Positions 39,011 to 52,369 of a stretch of DNA of 64,000 nucleotides are shown one piece after another. Positions within the stretch are counted from its first letter, which is position 1, and each line of letters begins with the position of its first letter. The position numbers and the translations under genes were made by a program. The notes below the pieces were generated by a model. That model was not told where the DNA came from. It was given only the letters and a program-made list of their open reading frames with translations, and searched no databases. Source of the stretch: Cycas panzhihuaensis (taxonomy: Eukaryota; Plantae; Cycadophyta); assembly GCA_023213395.1 (NCBI GenBank), contig CM041465.1, forward strand, positions 209,567,741 to 209,631,740, in the 5' to 3' direction.

Positions 39011-39150
39011 ATTCTAACATGGTATTAGAACTATGATTAAATTCTAACATGGTATCAAAGCTGTCATCAAAATCTAACATGGTATCAGAGCTTTGAGCAA
39101 CTCTAACATGGTGTTAGAGATGTGATTAAATTCTAACATGGTATTAAAGC
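39011..39150 (+). repeat. Five tandem ~30-bp units of (LTR U5 end ...tctaaca + tRNA-iMet PBS)
   Basis: PBS-like 12-mers at 39020, 39050, 39080 (perfect tggtatcagagc), 39109 and 39139, each preceded by tctaaca. Confidence 0.95.
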
Positions 39151-41718
39151 ATAAATCTTGGCCACCTATACTAGAGTGTTGATTTCACTTCACAATAAGC
39201 AAATACTTTATTATTTCGTTAGTTTTATAAAGTTTATTAACATTTTCATATAAGTTTTTGTTAATATTTAATTATTTTTTGGCTATTTTTGATATGTATG
39301 ATTTATTTAATTATAGTTTTTTTTTTTAGACTTCTGTAATTATAGTGTGTGCATTTATCCCAACATTTCTAGTCATTTACAACCTCTTACAATAATTTGT
39401 TGCCCATTTGTACTCATATAGGTTTTGGATCTAAGTTTTTTGAAGAAAATAAATGGAAAATCACGTTTTTCATTCACTACAACCCTAATATTGATCATTT
39501 CTTCTTTTTGGAGCTTTATTTATCATTTTGGTATACTTAAACCTATTCTTATTTCTTGTTAGAAGATATTTGAGGTGGTTTCAGGCTTTAGTTTACTCAG
39601 TTAAGCTCCCGCTGCCCCCTAGACTTCCATAGCTCCATTTTCCTCAATACAAGCTTATTTTTTAGAAATTCCATATCTATTGGGTACCTCTCATCAATGC
39701 ACCCCTTTTTTTAAATTTTTATCATATTATGAGGCCATTTGATCCTCAGCTAGGGTTCCACACTCCTTCTTTAGTTTGTCATTTTTGCACATAAGTCATA
39801 CAAGCCTAAAAAAAGGTACCTGTATTATTTCTACGATAACTCTGCAACCGTTTATCAAATTTATGAACTGTCTAAAGTTTCAGAAAGCTGATTTAGAGAT
39901 CTATAGCTTCGAGTCTGCATTTTCTTAATTTGATCAATTTTTTATAGAGTTCAATTAGGTCAAAATTAACCTTTATTTATTACTCATATTTGATTAGCCA
40001 TAAATAGGCCTGTTCAATGTTTCTTTAATAACTTGAGTTCTACAGCTCTATTTCTTTAGTCGTCTAAGCTGTTGGAAAGGCTTTTTAGAGCTCTTTACAA
40101 CATAATAGGTTTTATCTTATTCTAATATTATTTTATAAGTCATTAAAACCCCTGAAGTCAAGGCTCTATTTTAGCCTTAGTCAGACACTTTTGGAGATAT
40201 TTTGAGCTAAACTTTATTTCCAACTGAATATAGTTGATTGATATTTATACTACTTGAGTATTAATGATATTTATTGATGTTTATAAGATTTAAAAGTTAT
40301 TTTACAACCTTTTAATATCATTTTGGCTTCTAGAGTAGTAAGATCCTTATTACATTCAAAAGCTTTAAATAGGTATATCTTGACTTATTATTTTCTTTCC
40401 ATTTTATCTAAAAGTAGGTCTAAGTGACTTTCTTACTTGTTTAAGGAGTTTTCTTTGAGTATTTATGCCTATTTAAGGCCATTTACCTTCTTGATTACTT
40501 CAGCAAGTACACCTTATTTACAAAATAATCCACTAAAGAGTTCACCTTTATTTCACTTATATTACATCTAAAAGCATTTGCAGGTAATCTTATATACTTT
40601 GAGCTCATTATTTCATAAGTTGAAGGAACTTTTATTTGCCTTAAGGCCCTCATATCTCTTAAAATCATATAAGTACATCATTGCATAAGTTATTGGTTAT
40701 TATTTTGATTCTTTCAAGATTTAAGGATCATATTCATTCAAGAATATCATTACATCTTTGCATACATTATAAGGCCTCTTGCATTCATCTTTGTTGAAAA
40801 AGATTATAAGTTATACATTGGCCTTTATTGCAAATATTATTTACTTTAAGCATTATTTAATTATCTTGTTGAAAGAAGATTGATTAGCTATCTTGATTAA
40901 AAAGTACTAAAATACTTGAAAGGTTATCTCCTTGATTGAAAGGGTATTTGAGCATGTGAATAAATCATCTCCTTGATTCACTTAGTTATAGCTTGTAATT
41001 GATTCATTGAAATAATTTCATTAAAAGTGAATACATTCTCATTAAAAGTATATTAAAAGTTATTTAGAGTTACTTTTCAAGAAGCTTCTTCTTTTTGAAA
41101 GACAATAGTTATATAAGAAAATCTTGATCTCATTTCTTGGTTAAGTTATTTTGCATTAAAGTATTCATTTGAAAGTTCATACATACAGCTTTCAGCTTTC
41201 TTTCTTTCAATTAAGTTGCTTACTCTATGTTTCAAGGAGCATATTTTAGAATCATTTACATAATTTCTTTGATTTAAAAAGCTTATTTGATGGTCACTTA
41301 TCCTTAATAAGGAATTGAAATTGAAGAATCATCCTTTATTCCATTTAAACTTTGAGAAGCATTTCAAGTTGCACTTCATTGTATATGATTATTTGAAGGC
41401 ATATTATTCCCTTTTAAGCCCATTCTTAAAGTCTTATGAGAATTAATCTACAAATAGAATTCATTAAAAAGATATACTTTCTATTATTATCAAGTTATTT
41501 CTAATTTATGAAAGTAGTCATTTGAAAATTTTTTATACATTTCAAGCTTCTTTGACTCTCATGTAAAAGGGCACATTCAAATTAATTTAAGGCCATCTAT
41601 ATCATATTTGAAAGCTAAAATATATTACATTATATTATATTATATTGCTCCTTAATATATCCTTTGAAAGGTTTATCTCATCTCAAAAGAAAATATCTAT
41701 CTTGCATTGATTAAGGAG

Positions 41719-42134
41719 TGTTAGCGATAGTTAACTTAGGTTAACTGTAACTTAATGCTTCATTAGGGTTGATTAGTGTGTGCATGTGCAATGAACGGAT
41801 GTGTCTATTGGTGAAAAGACATGATGAAAAGATGTGACCTTATGTGGTACCATTTCAGGGAATATATATTCCTATCTCCTTAATATTTGAACTATCAACT
41901 CAAGATCATGTGATCTCAATAATATTTTCGTGCTCCATCTCACCTCTGAAACACTTTGTATTGTTTTATGTTTAATATATTAAAACATTGTATTGGTGGG
42001 TTTCCTCTCTCGAGAGTTTCCCACGATATATCTAGTTTTTGAGTCCTCTTGTGATTGATGTTGGTGTGTAGCAATCTCTGCCTCTGGTTGGATAGATAAT
42101 CAACCTGCAATCTACATATACATAAACTCTCATA
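41719..42134. mobile_element. Solo LTR inserted in the leader of element D
   Basis: Starts tgttag and ends ctcata (CA mutated); perfect 5-bp TSD aggag (41714-41718, 42135-42139); carries a ggtgggtttcct...gtttcccacg LTR-type motif. Confidence 0.8.
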
Positions 42135-42182
42135 AGGAGTTATATTTCTTATTTTATTAAATGTTATGATTCATTGATTATA

Positions 42183-42895
42183 ATGTCTATGAATGATATT
42201 AACACTAAGTTTTCCATATTTGATGGGATAAATTTCTAAATTTGGAGATATATGTTAAAATCATACTTTATTATAAATAACCTTTAGAAATTCGTAGAAC
42301 ATGGTTACGTAATGAATGAACCAGATTTTAGAGAAAACCTAAAAAAGAATAATGAAGCCCTATCACTAATACTTTGTACTATAAATAATAATATACTTAA
42401 TCATATTTATAATATGACCATATCTAAATCTGTTTGGGATATCCTTGATTAACTTTATGGAGAAGAATATTTTGATTTAAGTAAATTTAACTATATTGAT
42501 GATGTATTTTGTCTTAGACAAATAATAGAATAGATATTTCTTAATGAAAAGTTTAATGTGGCATGCAATATTGAAGATTCTAATAAGATTAATGAATATA
42601 ATGATGTATTTGATAAAGCTTCATATACATCTGACCTAGTTGATCCTTATCAAAAGGATATACTTAAAGATGAAGGCACTCATATTTATTCGAAGCAGCT
42701 TACACCTATATTTGGACTATAATTTGTTGAAGACTCTGTGGAAAGGACAATGGTACAAATTGAAGATCACTTCAAAGTTGATGATGAAATTATAAGACAT
42801 GAGTACAATTGCTTCTTCAAAGTATTTCTAAAGTATCTATACCACAAGTTCAGGGAGAAGTAGAAGATGAACGTGATAAACATTAAGGAGGAGTA
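42183..42895 (+). pseudogene. Mini-gag frame of element D (copia gag N-terminus + acidic linker + pol-like C-terminal tail)
   Basis: FSIFDGINF*IWRYMLKSYF...NNEALSLIL...SKSVWDILD*LYG...FFKVFLKYLYHKFREK*KMNVINIKEE; one frame, six point stops, no frameshift. Confidence 0.8.
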
Positions 42896-43970
42896 TGATG
42901 GGGTTAATGTTCCTCACTTAACTCCCACCTTAAAAACATGTGAGTATATACTTCTTCATGGTAAGTAGGGCAAGATTATTTTATTGTGCACTATTATTAT
43001 TTTATATCATTTTCAATTGAAGGTTGAGGAGGTTTCTCTCCTTCCTCAAAAGTATATATCTTATGGGGTTCTAAACCTTGGTGTTTATCAACATCACTAT
43101 ACTATTGGAAATCTAATGTACGCTTTTCACAATGGGTTAATGCAAAGCTATTTTATAAGTGTACTTTGAATATGGCTTGATTTATATACATTTATCTGCT
43201 ACTTTGAGCAATTCTAACATAGTATTAGAACTATGGTCAAATTCTAACATGGTATCAGAGCTGTGATCAAAATCTAACACCTCCTTTATCTTTTTATAGT
43301 TTTTCTTTTAGGATTTTTCAAGCTAATAGTTAGGAGGTGCTTACTAATAATTCTCTTTTGATATTATTTTGTAAGAAGGAGATTGCTAAGGAGAAAATAT
43401 TTAGGCCACCACACTAGGGAACATATATAAGTAATGATCCATCTTCAAGTAATAAACTAGGTAGGAGCCACATATATTTAGTTTAATTATTTTAACAAAG
43501 GAACTAAGAAAAAGAAACATATCAATTTGTTTTAAGAAAATATACAAAGTCAATTGATATAATATAAGAACCCAGAAATTCTTACTTAAAGTTGTAGTCT
43601 ACTGTAACACACATTTTAGTGACCATACATATGCAAATACTTTCATCATATATAACAATGTATGTTCCTTATATAGAGAGTTTTATTCCTTTCTTCTAGG
43701 GTATATCTCAGCTCTAGGTATTTCCTTATATTAAAAAAAATAAAACCCACTTCATAGAAAACCAATTACATATAGCATTTCTATTGTACTTATTTGACAA
43801 TTATCAAATTTCTATTTTGACCAATCCACTATAGTTGCAACTTAAATTCCTTTAAAATAAGTGGTTATAATAATATATTAGGTTATATTTTATAGTGTTT
43901 TTTAAAGTTTAAAGTTGAAGTAAAATTTATGCCTATTTTTATTTGTTATGTAGATTGTTTAATATGGTAC

Positions 43971-46900
43971 TGTTAGAATTTTAACATGGAAAACATTCAT
44001 CATCTACAAGAACAATATCAATGATCAGAGATTAACACAATATAATCAGAATCCATTAACATACCAAAACACTAAGGACTCAACATGAGCCTTGATAATG
44101 TGATGTGTCTATACACTACCTCAACCACCTTTATATGCCAAAGAGGTGGGAGACTATACAACATAAGTAATGCATGTGGGACAAATACCTTTGTCCTGAC
44201 CAATAACATTACACCACTAACTTGACTAGTAAGCTTCTATCTTTTTATATAGTATTATAATGACCCTTTGACCCTAAGACTTAGGACTATGACTAATAAT
44301 CCTAGGACCCACTTTTACTTAACCACATACACACTAAACATTATATTCTAACACCTCCCCTTAATGTTTAATGTTTAAACTAAGGACAATTTGACATAAC
44401 TGATATACATTAATATTTGACTTGAATTTGAGACTATAGACACTAAAGACAACATGATAAGACTGACACATGACACTTTGACACATGGCTATAAAGGACT
44501 CTAATGCACTTTGTCTTCTTTGAATCTCCAATGTCTTGATCTTGGAAAGGTCTTGAACACCATGTCTTGGGCTTGGTCTTGGTCTTGAATCCTGTAGCAT
44601 TGGTTTTGAGGTAGTCCCTTGAACTGACAATCTTCGAGTTTTGTTTTTTTCACCTTCATACACAATTGGGAATCCTTTGACATGCAAAATAAGTAGTAAA
44701 AGATGGGTAATTCAGCATGATCCTACATGTACTCATCAAAGATATCTTCAAGGTGTCCATCAAGTATGTCTTCTATCACCTGTTTGCTTCTACTTTCTTC
44801 AAAATAGATGTTAGCAATATCATCATTATCTAACTGTAGTAATGAGTTATCAATTAGTGAGACACCATTATCCTCCCATGAAGCAATGAATTCACTAAGA
44901 CGAGTTCCAATTGCTTCATCACCATTACGTGTAGGTTGTGCAAGATACCCCATTTTCTTCATATTACTCAAAAGATTCCATGAACTAAGTACACTGAGTA
45001 TTTCCATGATACTCACATGCATATACTTTATGATTGTGGATATGCATACATGGAACATTATTTTAATATGATTGACTTTTATGATCAAGTAACCTACCCA
45101 AAAGGTAATATGTTTTTGACAAGCAAGATTTTGATCATATGGTATCCTCCTTATGTTCCTCCTTTCTTAGAGACAACTTTCTAGTGTTGTTGTAGGATAT
45201 GCTGTTATAATTTTGATTCTTTCAAAGATGAGAATAAAGGATGTAACTGAGTTAAAGGATATCATGGATAGTTTCCAATACATGCAAATCACTTTATGAC
45301 CTGTCATCATTTGAATTCTTCCTACCAACCTGTCAACACAAACTAGGATAATATTATCCATACCTTTTGTTAGGTACCTTGTGTCTCCATGAACTATTAC
45401 CGGTAAAGATTGATACCTAGAATCTTCAGTCTCCAAAGCTGGTTTTTTGATGGAGTCATGGCTTTGTCATGCTACTTTTCCCTTTTTTCTTTCCTCTTTA
45501 ATTTCTTCCTTTGATTCTTTGCCCTTTTGATTCTCTACTATACTTCTTTAGGTCCTTTTTCATGCACTTCTATCAGAAGTTTCTAGGTGTCATCAGTTGA
45601 GTCAGCATTCTGCAGAACCTAGATAATAAAGTGATAGGAATAAGGGAGGTTATCCTTATTAAGGGCTGCAAGTATTATGTCAATTACAATTTTATTTTTC
45701 CTTTTGAAAATTTCCTCCCCTTCTTCGTGAGCCATTTCAGTGCCCATGACAATTTTCTAAAGTTTCTTCAATACAAATAAGCTCTCCATCGTAATTTTTC
45801 AAAACTGAAAATTAGTTCCAATATATTTGGGCAAAGGGAAGAGGAGATCTGATAGCCAGTATTCATTTTTTTCAGGCACAAAAGTGATAATGTCACTTAA
45901 CTCCATGAGGAAAATACTAACTTAAGAGCAGCTACTTTGCCCAAAATAGAACTAGATTAACAACAAATATTCTGTGATGCCAATGCTGCTAACTATTTTA
46001 AAAAATAGATACCTGAGAGCAATCCTCATTATTTTTGCCCCAACACTAATTTTGCATAGTTCCTATGCATAGAATAAAAGCAAACATACTAGTCAGAACA
46101 TGATCTTTGCTTTTAATAAACTCATAGAAAGGAGTTGATCATCGAAAATAGAGGTTGTCCTTGGTGTCACCACTGTCCATTTATAGACTCAGTGATACCA
46201 TGCTCAGTTGAAAGTAGATAAGTCAATAACAGTCTTCAACTACAGTACTCACAATGAATAAGCAAGCGACACTCTTTAACCGATAGTCTTCAAACATTGC
46301 TCACACAGTTTGCTATTTCCAAATAAAATTCTATCCAAAATTTGGGTATATCTACTATGTACCTCTACAAGCTTAATTTCCAACAAGATAGGGTGTAAGA
46401 ACTTAGTTGTTGACAGCAGTAACAAAATTTTGCCTTTAATCCAGAATTATGTACCTCTATAGACTTGATTTCTAGTGGGACAGAGTGCAGAAACTCAGTT
46501 GTTGATAGTAGTAATAGGGGCTGAGTTGATACTCTCTGGGGTTGAGAATCAGATGGTCCTAGAATTAGAAGTTGAGACAGATTTCCAACATTATGCCCTT
46601 AAACTAAGGATTGAGTTTAGACCCTTCTTGACCTCTCACAGTATTTGGATTGCTTGACTAATTCTTCTTCCAATCAATGCATTTGCTTACCATGTTTTTT
46701 GGAGACCCAACTAGTGCCTTTTCCAGCCACCTATACTTTTCTTTCAATGGGGAAGTCATAACACTTGATTTTTCTTCTCATAGTATACAAGGGATGAAGA
46801 CTATGAATACTGTGTGAATTCAATCTCTTCAAATGAACAACAATAGTTCTGGCAAGAAATCTTTGTCAGGGATATTCAAAAGGTATACATTCCTTCACAA

Positions 46901-48571
46901 TGAAATATGGCCTTCAACAGATAGAAGAGTGATCTTCGATCCAGTCATGGTTCTTATGGGTCAAAGAGATACAAATGATAATATTAAAGTCCTAGAAGTT
47001 GCCTAATCTTTAAAAAACTATAATTTTAGAAGCAACGTCAAACAAACTACTAACAAAAAGCTCTTAGAACATGTTCTTAAGGAGATTGTATCTCAACTGA
47101 GCAACCGAGATCAAGCACCCTAGATAAAGTACCAGGATCAGCACCCTCTTTCACCAAGAGGGAAAGAACAACATGCTTCTCCACTCCCACAGCAAGATGA
47201 GTGCGATCCTCATCCAAGGGATTTGAAACAGGATAAGATTACATCTCCTTTTGAAGATGCTTAAATGGTGGCTTATTAGAATAGGTCTCAGGGATGAACC
47301 TTCCTAGTGAAGGACAGATATATTTGTAGCCACAACATGCAGAGCTGGAGTGTTCAGAAGGGGTCGAAATGACTCGTTAAAGGGTCAGGAATTGAGTTAC
47401 AGCAGGGTAGATAGAAGTTCTCCAGAAAGATGTTAACATAGAACATCATCATTCATAATCCCCTATCAAGCCAGAACCAGTAGTTTAGAGAAAACTAAAT
47501 TGAAAATGAAGAAATTCAAGGTAGAACTAAAGATAATGGAGTCTGCATTGTAAGGTGCCAATAATATTTTGATGTTATTAGGGTTTCATCTTCTTCAAGT
47601 CCAACCATAACTAGCGCCAGGCTCTACGAACCCACCTCCACACTTATAATTAACTTGCATAAGGACGCACTTGATAGGCAACTTCATCTCAAATAGGTAG
47701 GAGAACATATAGGAGACTAACAGATGCTGTACAGAGTCACATCTATAGAGACTTCCTAACAAAGGTCATATGTTTAAAACTGTGAGAATTAACACATAAT
47801 GGAGCAGATGCTGGCTCTGATTGAAATTGAAATGTTGCACAGTAAGGACTAACACAATAATGCTACCATATGGTCTTTAGCATCAAATGGATAAATGTGC
47901 AAATCATATAGGTGATCTTCACTACAATTTTATACATACAGAACACTTCACTAGCAAATGGATCTCATGCCCTAATCAGTGCAGGCAGCTAAAGCAGCCT
48001 CCAAACATCAATTCCTTATACAACTTCAAGTGTTATTATTTCTCCATACATGCTGGCCTCAATACATGGCTACTTCACATAATAAATGAGTGATGTTACC
48101 TGATGAAATTTCTGGTTTATACTAATACGGTTTGATGAATCTTCCTCATTACTTGAGTGCCTTATCCTCTACTGGGCTTAATCTCCTTCTTACAATACTT
48201 CTTAATCTACTATTAAAATTCTGCCTTGCATAACCATAATGCACACCTTGTAATATTAATGACCTTGTGATCTCACCTTTTCAATTCAAATCCTCAATAT
48301 GGTAGCTAACTTAGCACCTCAATGCCCTCAATATGCAACCTCTTCAATTTAAATCTTCAATCTATCAGTCGCCCTAATGGAGTCACCTTTCTCATTTATC
48401 TGCACAACAAAAGCCTTAACAAATGACCCACTCTGATACCATGTTAGAATTTTAATATGGAAAACATTAATCATCCATAAGAACAAAATCAATGAACATA
48501 GATTAACATTAACATAATATAATCAGAATCCATTAACATACCTAAGCACCAAGGACTCAACATGAGCCTTA
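43971..48571 (-). mobile_element. Non-autonomous copia-derived LTR element C (gag remnant only; 5' LTR truncated)
   Basis: 3' LTR 43971-44353, reverse PPT cctccccttaat at 44354, reverse PBS actctgatacca 48430-48441, partial 5' LTR 48442-48570; gag N-terminus PLPKYIGTNFQF..ITMESLFVLKKL*KIV at ~45740-45850. Confidence 0.85.
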
Positions 48572-51010
48572 TGAAAAGGGTTAATGACATAAGGTCATTA
48601 CATTAGTTGATTATTTCAAAAAAGGGTCTTAAGTGAACTTTAAATTAGATCAGTTAAGTGAAATTCACTTTCATGTACATTATGTATAATTTCATTTCAC
48701 CTAACTCTAATGCTCCCTCTCTCAATATAAAAGTAAAAGCTCAATGGAGGAGATTCATTTTTACCTCCCCATTTTGTGAGAGCTACTTTCTTTCTCTCAA
48801 GTCTCTATTGCTCCCATGTTTGCCTCTGTGTTTAGTGCATGGAGATGAAGGATAGATCCACTCTTTTCATGTGCTATCAGAGCTTGCTTCCTTCATATTC
48901 CCCACTTACACTTGCAATGGAGCCATCACTTCCTTCTCCCCCACAATCCATGTGGTGAAGGAGATTGTGAAAGTGAATTTAGAAATATTTTCAAGTTATT
49001 ATAATAGCATATTTTGTATTGTTTGCTTTTCCTTTCTCTTTTTCAGGTTTGGAAGCATAATATAAGGAGTTGTAAGGCCCAAGGATTCTAATCCTTTGCT
49101 GGCCATTCATGCTATCTCATTCTTCTTTTTCTTTTCCCTTTTTTGTCCATTTAACAAGAGGAAGTGCTGCCGAAAATTTTCCAACATTTAGAAGAATGAT
49201 TGTAAGGGGAGGTTTTACCCATTTTTTAAAAAGAATTTCTAGCCATTTAAAATATCTATCGTTGTATGCTCTCACCTTGCCCATATTGGAATCCTGGTGA
49301 TAAAAAAATGATGGAAATTTCATATGGTATCATGTGTTAATGAGATATTAGCAAGCCAAAATTTCTACAGAAATACAATTTGATTACTAAATTTTACAGG
49401 TCTACAAAATCTTCTACAGAGATCTAATTGAAGTGATTCTAATTATCAAAGATGGAATTCTGAGTCTACTTTCTAGCACAAAAATTGGCACCTAATTTGG
49501 ATGTCGTATGAGGAAGTTATTGTTGTTTTAGTGAACAGTAGTTATTTTTAGTAAGAATTCTAGAAAAATATAATTTCCTAATTTTGCAAGGCTACCAAAA
49601 GCTTTCCGGAACTCATTTGGACCTAATTCCACTTCCTAAAGATGAAGCTCTAAGTCTAGTTTGCAGCACAAAAATTAGAACTCCATTTTGACATCGTGGG
49701 AGAAAGTTATTGCTGATTTAGTGAAGACTACTTTTTTTGTATTAACAAAAAAAAAAAAAAATTGAAGAAAATTTCTTTCTTCTTTTTATAAGGCTTAAAA
49801 GCCCATTGTAAAAGTGAGAAAACAAAAACACCTAGATTGAAGCAATATTTGGTGTCCTCACTCACTTATTAGCATTGCATTTCAGCACTCTAAAATCACT
49901 CAAAGCAAGCACTCTAAAGACACTTCAAGCAAGCACTCCAAGTAAGTATTATTTTCAGTTAAATGTACGTTTGATGCAATTCGATAATCTTTTCACTCTT
50001 CCTAAAAGGAACATATCATGTACGCTATTTTCCGCCATCTTATACCTGTTCACATACTCGCCAAGGTTGAGATACCTTGGTTGGCAGAATGTCATACCAT
50101 AAAGGAGGTGTGGGCTTCAAGTTGGGACTGGACTAAACTGGAATATTGGTGAGGTTTGGTTAGCTATACCATTGTGCCTCAATCAGGGATCATCCAGATA
50201 ACTAACCAGGAAAACTGAAACTTTAATACAAGATTAAAATATACCCAATCTAATATCCATCATAGCCATGGATATGTACGTACCACTCTTTAGAGGAGGT
50301 ATATAACTGCTCATTGGTGAACTGGGTGAGGATTGGGAGTACCTGGGCTTTATTGTGACTTAGATTTCATCACCAAGCACGATTGCAGGTATCGTGAGTG
50401 AAGGCCAACTTAATTCTACTAGAAGCCTAGTCATCCCTTCAACAACCTCAACTACACGTTGGACACAAGTTAGAGGTTATTGGGTTGATTACACATCCTA
50501 CATTTAAGTTTCAAGTTGTATAAGCCCAATGATGTCAGCTTCTACATTAGCCTACAATCTTGTATATTGATCACTTATTTATTTGTAAAAAATGATCCAT
50601 AGTGTAATCACAATCATAGTGCTTCTCATATTCCTGCTGCGTCAGGTTAATATTTTCCATAAGTGTTAGTGACCAATTTTTATCATAGTGCTTCTCATAT
50701 TCCTGCTGCATCAGGTTAATATTTATCACAAGTGTTGGTGACTTTTCTCTAAGTTGCTCCCTTCATCTTTGAGCACTTCTTCTTCCTTCTGCTACATTAC
50801 TTCATTACATTTTCCATTTGTAAATAGTAATCGGTCATTTATTGCCATCACTTTTATAGTCCCTTGTTCATTTCTTCCCTTCTAAAAAGACACCATATCT
50901 TCACAGTTCAAGCAAAATATGAACTGCATTCTAAAAGGGAAAGAAAATTGGGACATGTGGTTCACTAGTGTTAGAAATGCTGTAAAGTATGAAGGTTTAT
51001 GGAGAGAACT
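48572..51010 (+). mobile_element. 3'-truncated copia H, a relative of copia B (LTR, PBS, long leader, start of gag)
   Basis: LTR 48572-48869 resembles LTRy; tg plus PBS tgctatcagagc 48872-48883; leader block homologous to 5128-5613; gag start SSQFKQNMNCILKGKENWDMWF matches copia B. Confidence 0.88.
50613..50742 (+). repeat. 69-bp-period tandem duplication upstream of the copia H gag
   Basis: atcatagtgcttctcatattcctgctgc.tcaggttaatattt at 50613 and 50682. Confidence 0.9.
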
Positions 51011-52028
51011 ATATTTTTCATCATATATTTGTCTATATTTTTAAGTATTTTATAGATCTACAATTTTTGGTATATATTCAGCTTTTTGGAGAAGCATATA
51101 CATTAGATCTTATCTTTTTAAGACAATTTTCTGCTACAAGTCTACAATAACTGCGTTTCTAGGTTCTTCAAGATTTATTTTCAGAATTAAACATATATTT
51201 CTGATGCATCTTCTTCAACATATTTAAAAAATTTTAAATACAAATACATATGCATTTTTTCTAATATACTCTCTTAAAAATATTTAAAAAATTTCTTGTT
51301 TTCATTGTGGCTTCGTTGTATGATTATATTCTTCTGTGATATACTTTGAATTAATGCATATGTTGTTTGTTGTTATATGTTTTTTTGTGATTTATCTACC
51401 CTAAAGCAGCGACATAATTCACATCATTTTTTGATACAAATATTTCCTTTATTTAATATATTTTCTTCATCTTTATTTAATATATTTCCTTCATCATATA
51501 TTTTGATATTTGTTGTTTACTTTGTATGCACTATTTTTTTTCTTATACATAGTAGGAAAAGGCATGGTGCTAGCAGCTGACTGAAAAATTTTTAAGCAAA
51601 TTAGTGCTCAAAGATTCCCTACTGGTAGTTGTAGCTACAAAGCTTGCCAACACTACTGCTAACACCACGCCCCATTCTAAATCTGTGGCTCAAACTTCCC
51701 AAAGAAAATTAACAAACAAAAAATAATCCACAAGTTGGAAACTGAAATTTTTAGATTTTATTGTATTGTCTACTTTAAAATCATCTGATGCTTTAAAAAC
51801 TAACAAATCCTGTCCAAGCTCAATTGAAAATAGTGAAGTAAGTACTCTTAGAAGGCCCATTTTTAGACAGAATTTGCATGTTAGCCACTCTTAAATGAAA
51901 TTTTTTTTTGATATTTTTGGCCAAATCCAAACTATGTCAAAGACCTCATTTGACGTACAAGATAGTCGATCTTTGAAAGCTTGTCCAACAAGACTCATAC
52001 AAAATAGCACATGAAGCTTTGTACTTGT

Positions 52029-52133
52029 ATTTATCAACTACCTCTTCCGTACAACACTACTAATCTTCTTAAATAACTCATACAAAGTTTCAACTTCATT
52101 CACGCTAAAAACTGTTTCCCTTACTATTATTTC
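52029..52133 (-). pseudogene. CBL: Calcineurin B-like (CBL) calcium-sensor gene fragment
   Basis: Translates [34 protein letters not shown] versus the recalled plant CBL consensus [35 protein letters not shown]. Confidence 0.85.
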
Positions 52134-52258
52134 AAAAGCTCACCCTTGCACTTCTAGTATCAGACCACTGATCTGTTGGCTCAGAGATCTAATCTAGTGC
52201 TTCCAAGAGAAACCTTCACAGTGCCATTATCCTAGACAGAATCTTTGTATCGAGGCGC

Positions 52259-52369
52259 TAGATCCTCAAAGGTTTTCTCTCTAATTTCTGAGAAATTGAC
52301 TGCATAGAATGTGAATGCAGCATCCATAGCAATACTTAAAATAGGGATCAATAACTGTGCTAAATCCAT
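52259..52369 (-). pseudogene. Fragment of a small conserved plant single-TM protein gene (N-terminal half)
   Basis: MDLAQLLIPILSIAMDAAFTFYAVNFSEIREKTFEDL resembles, from memory, an uncharacterised family (..IP..I.AAAA.TFYAVSF.E.REKSF.DL); not database-verified. Confidence 0.55.

Larger units (their letters stand above)
38697..43279 (+). mobile_element. Non-autonomous copia-derived LTR element D (TR-GAG/LARD-like) with a tandem PBS array
   Basis: LTRs 38697-39079 and 42896-43279, PPT attaaggaggag 42882-42893, TSD cctct/cctcc, ~3-kb non-coding leader, one short gag-derived frame. Confidence 0.92.

Noticed and set aside
39011-39150. CRISPR-like regularly spaced repeats
   Set aside because: The repeat is the tRNA-iMet PBS plus LTR end, the spacers are related to each other, the context is a plant retroelement, and there are no cas genes.
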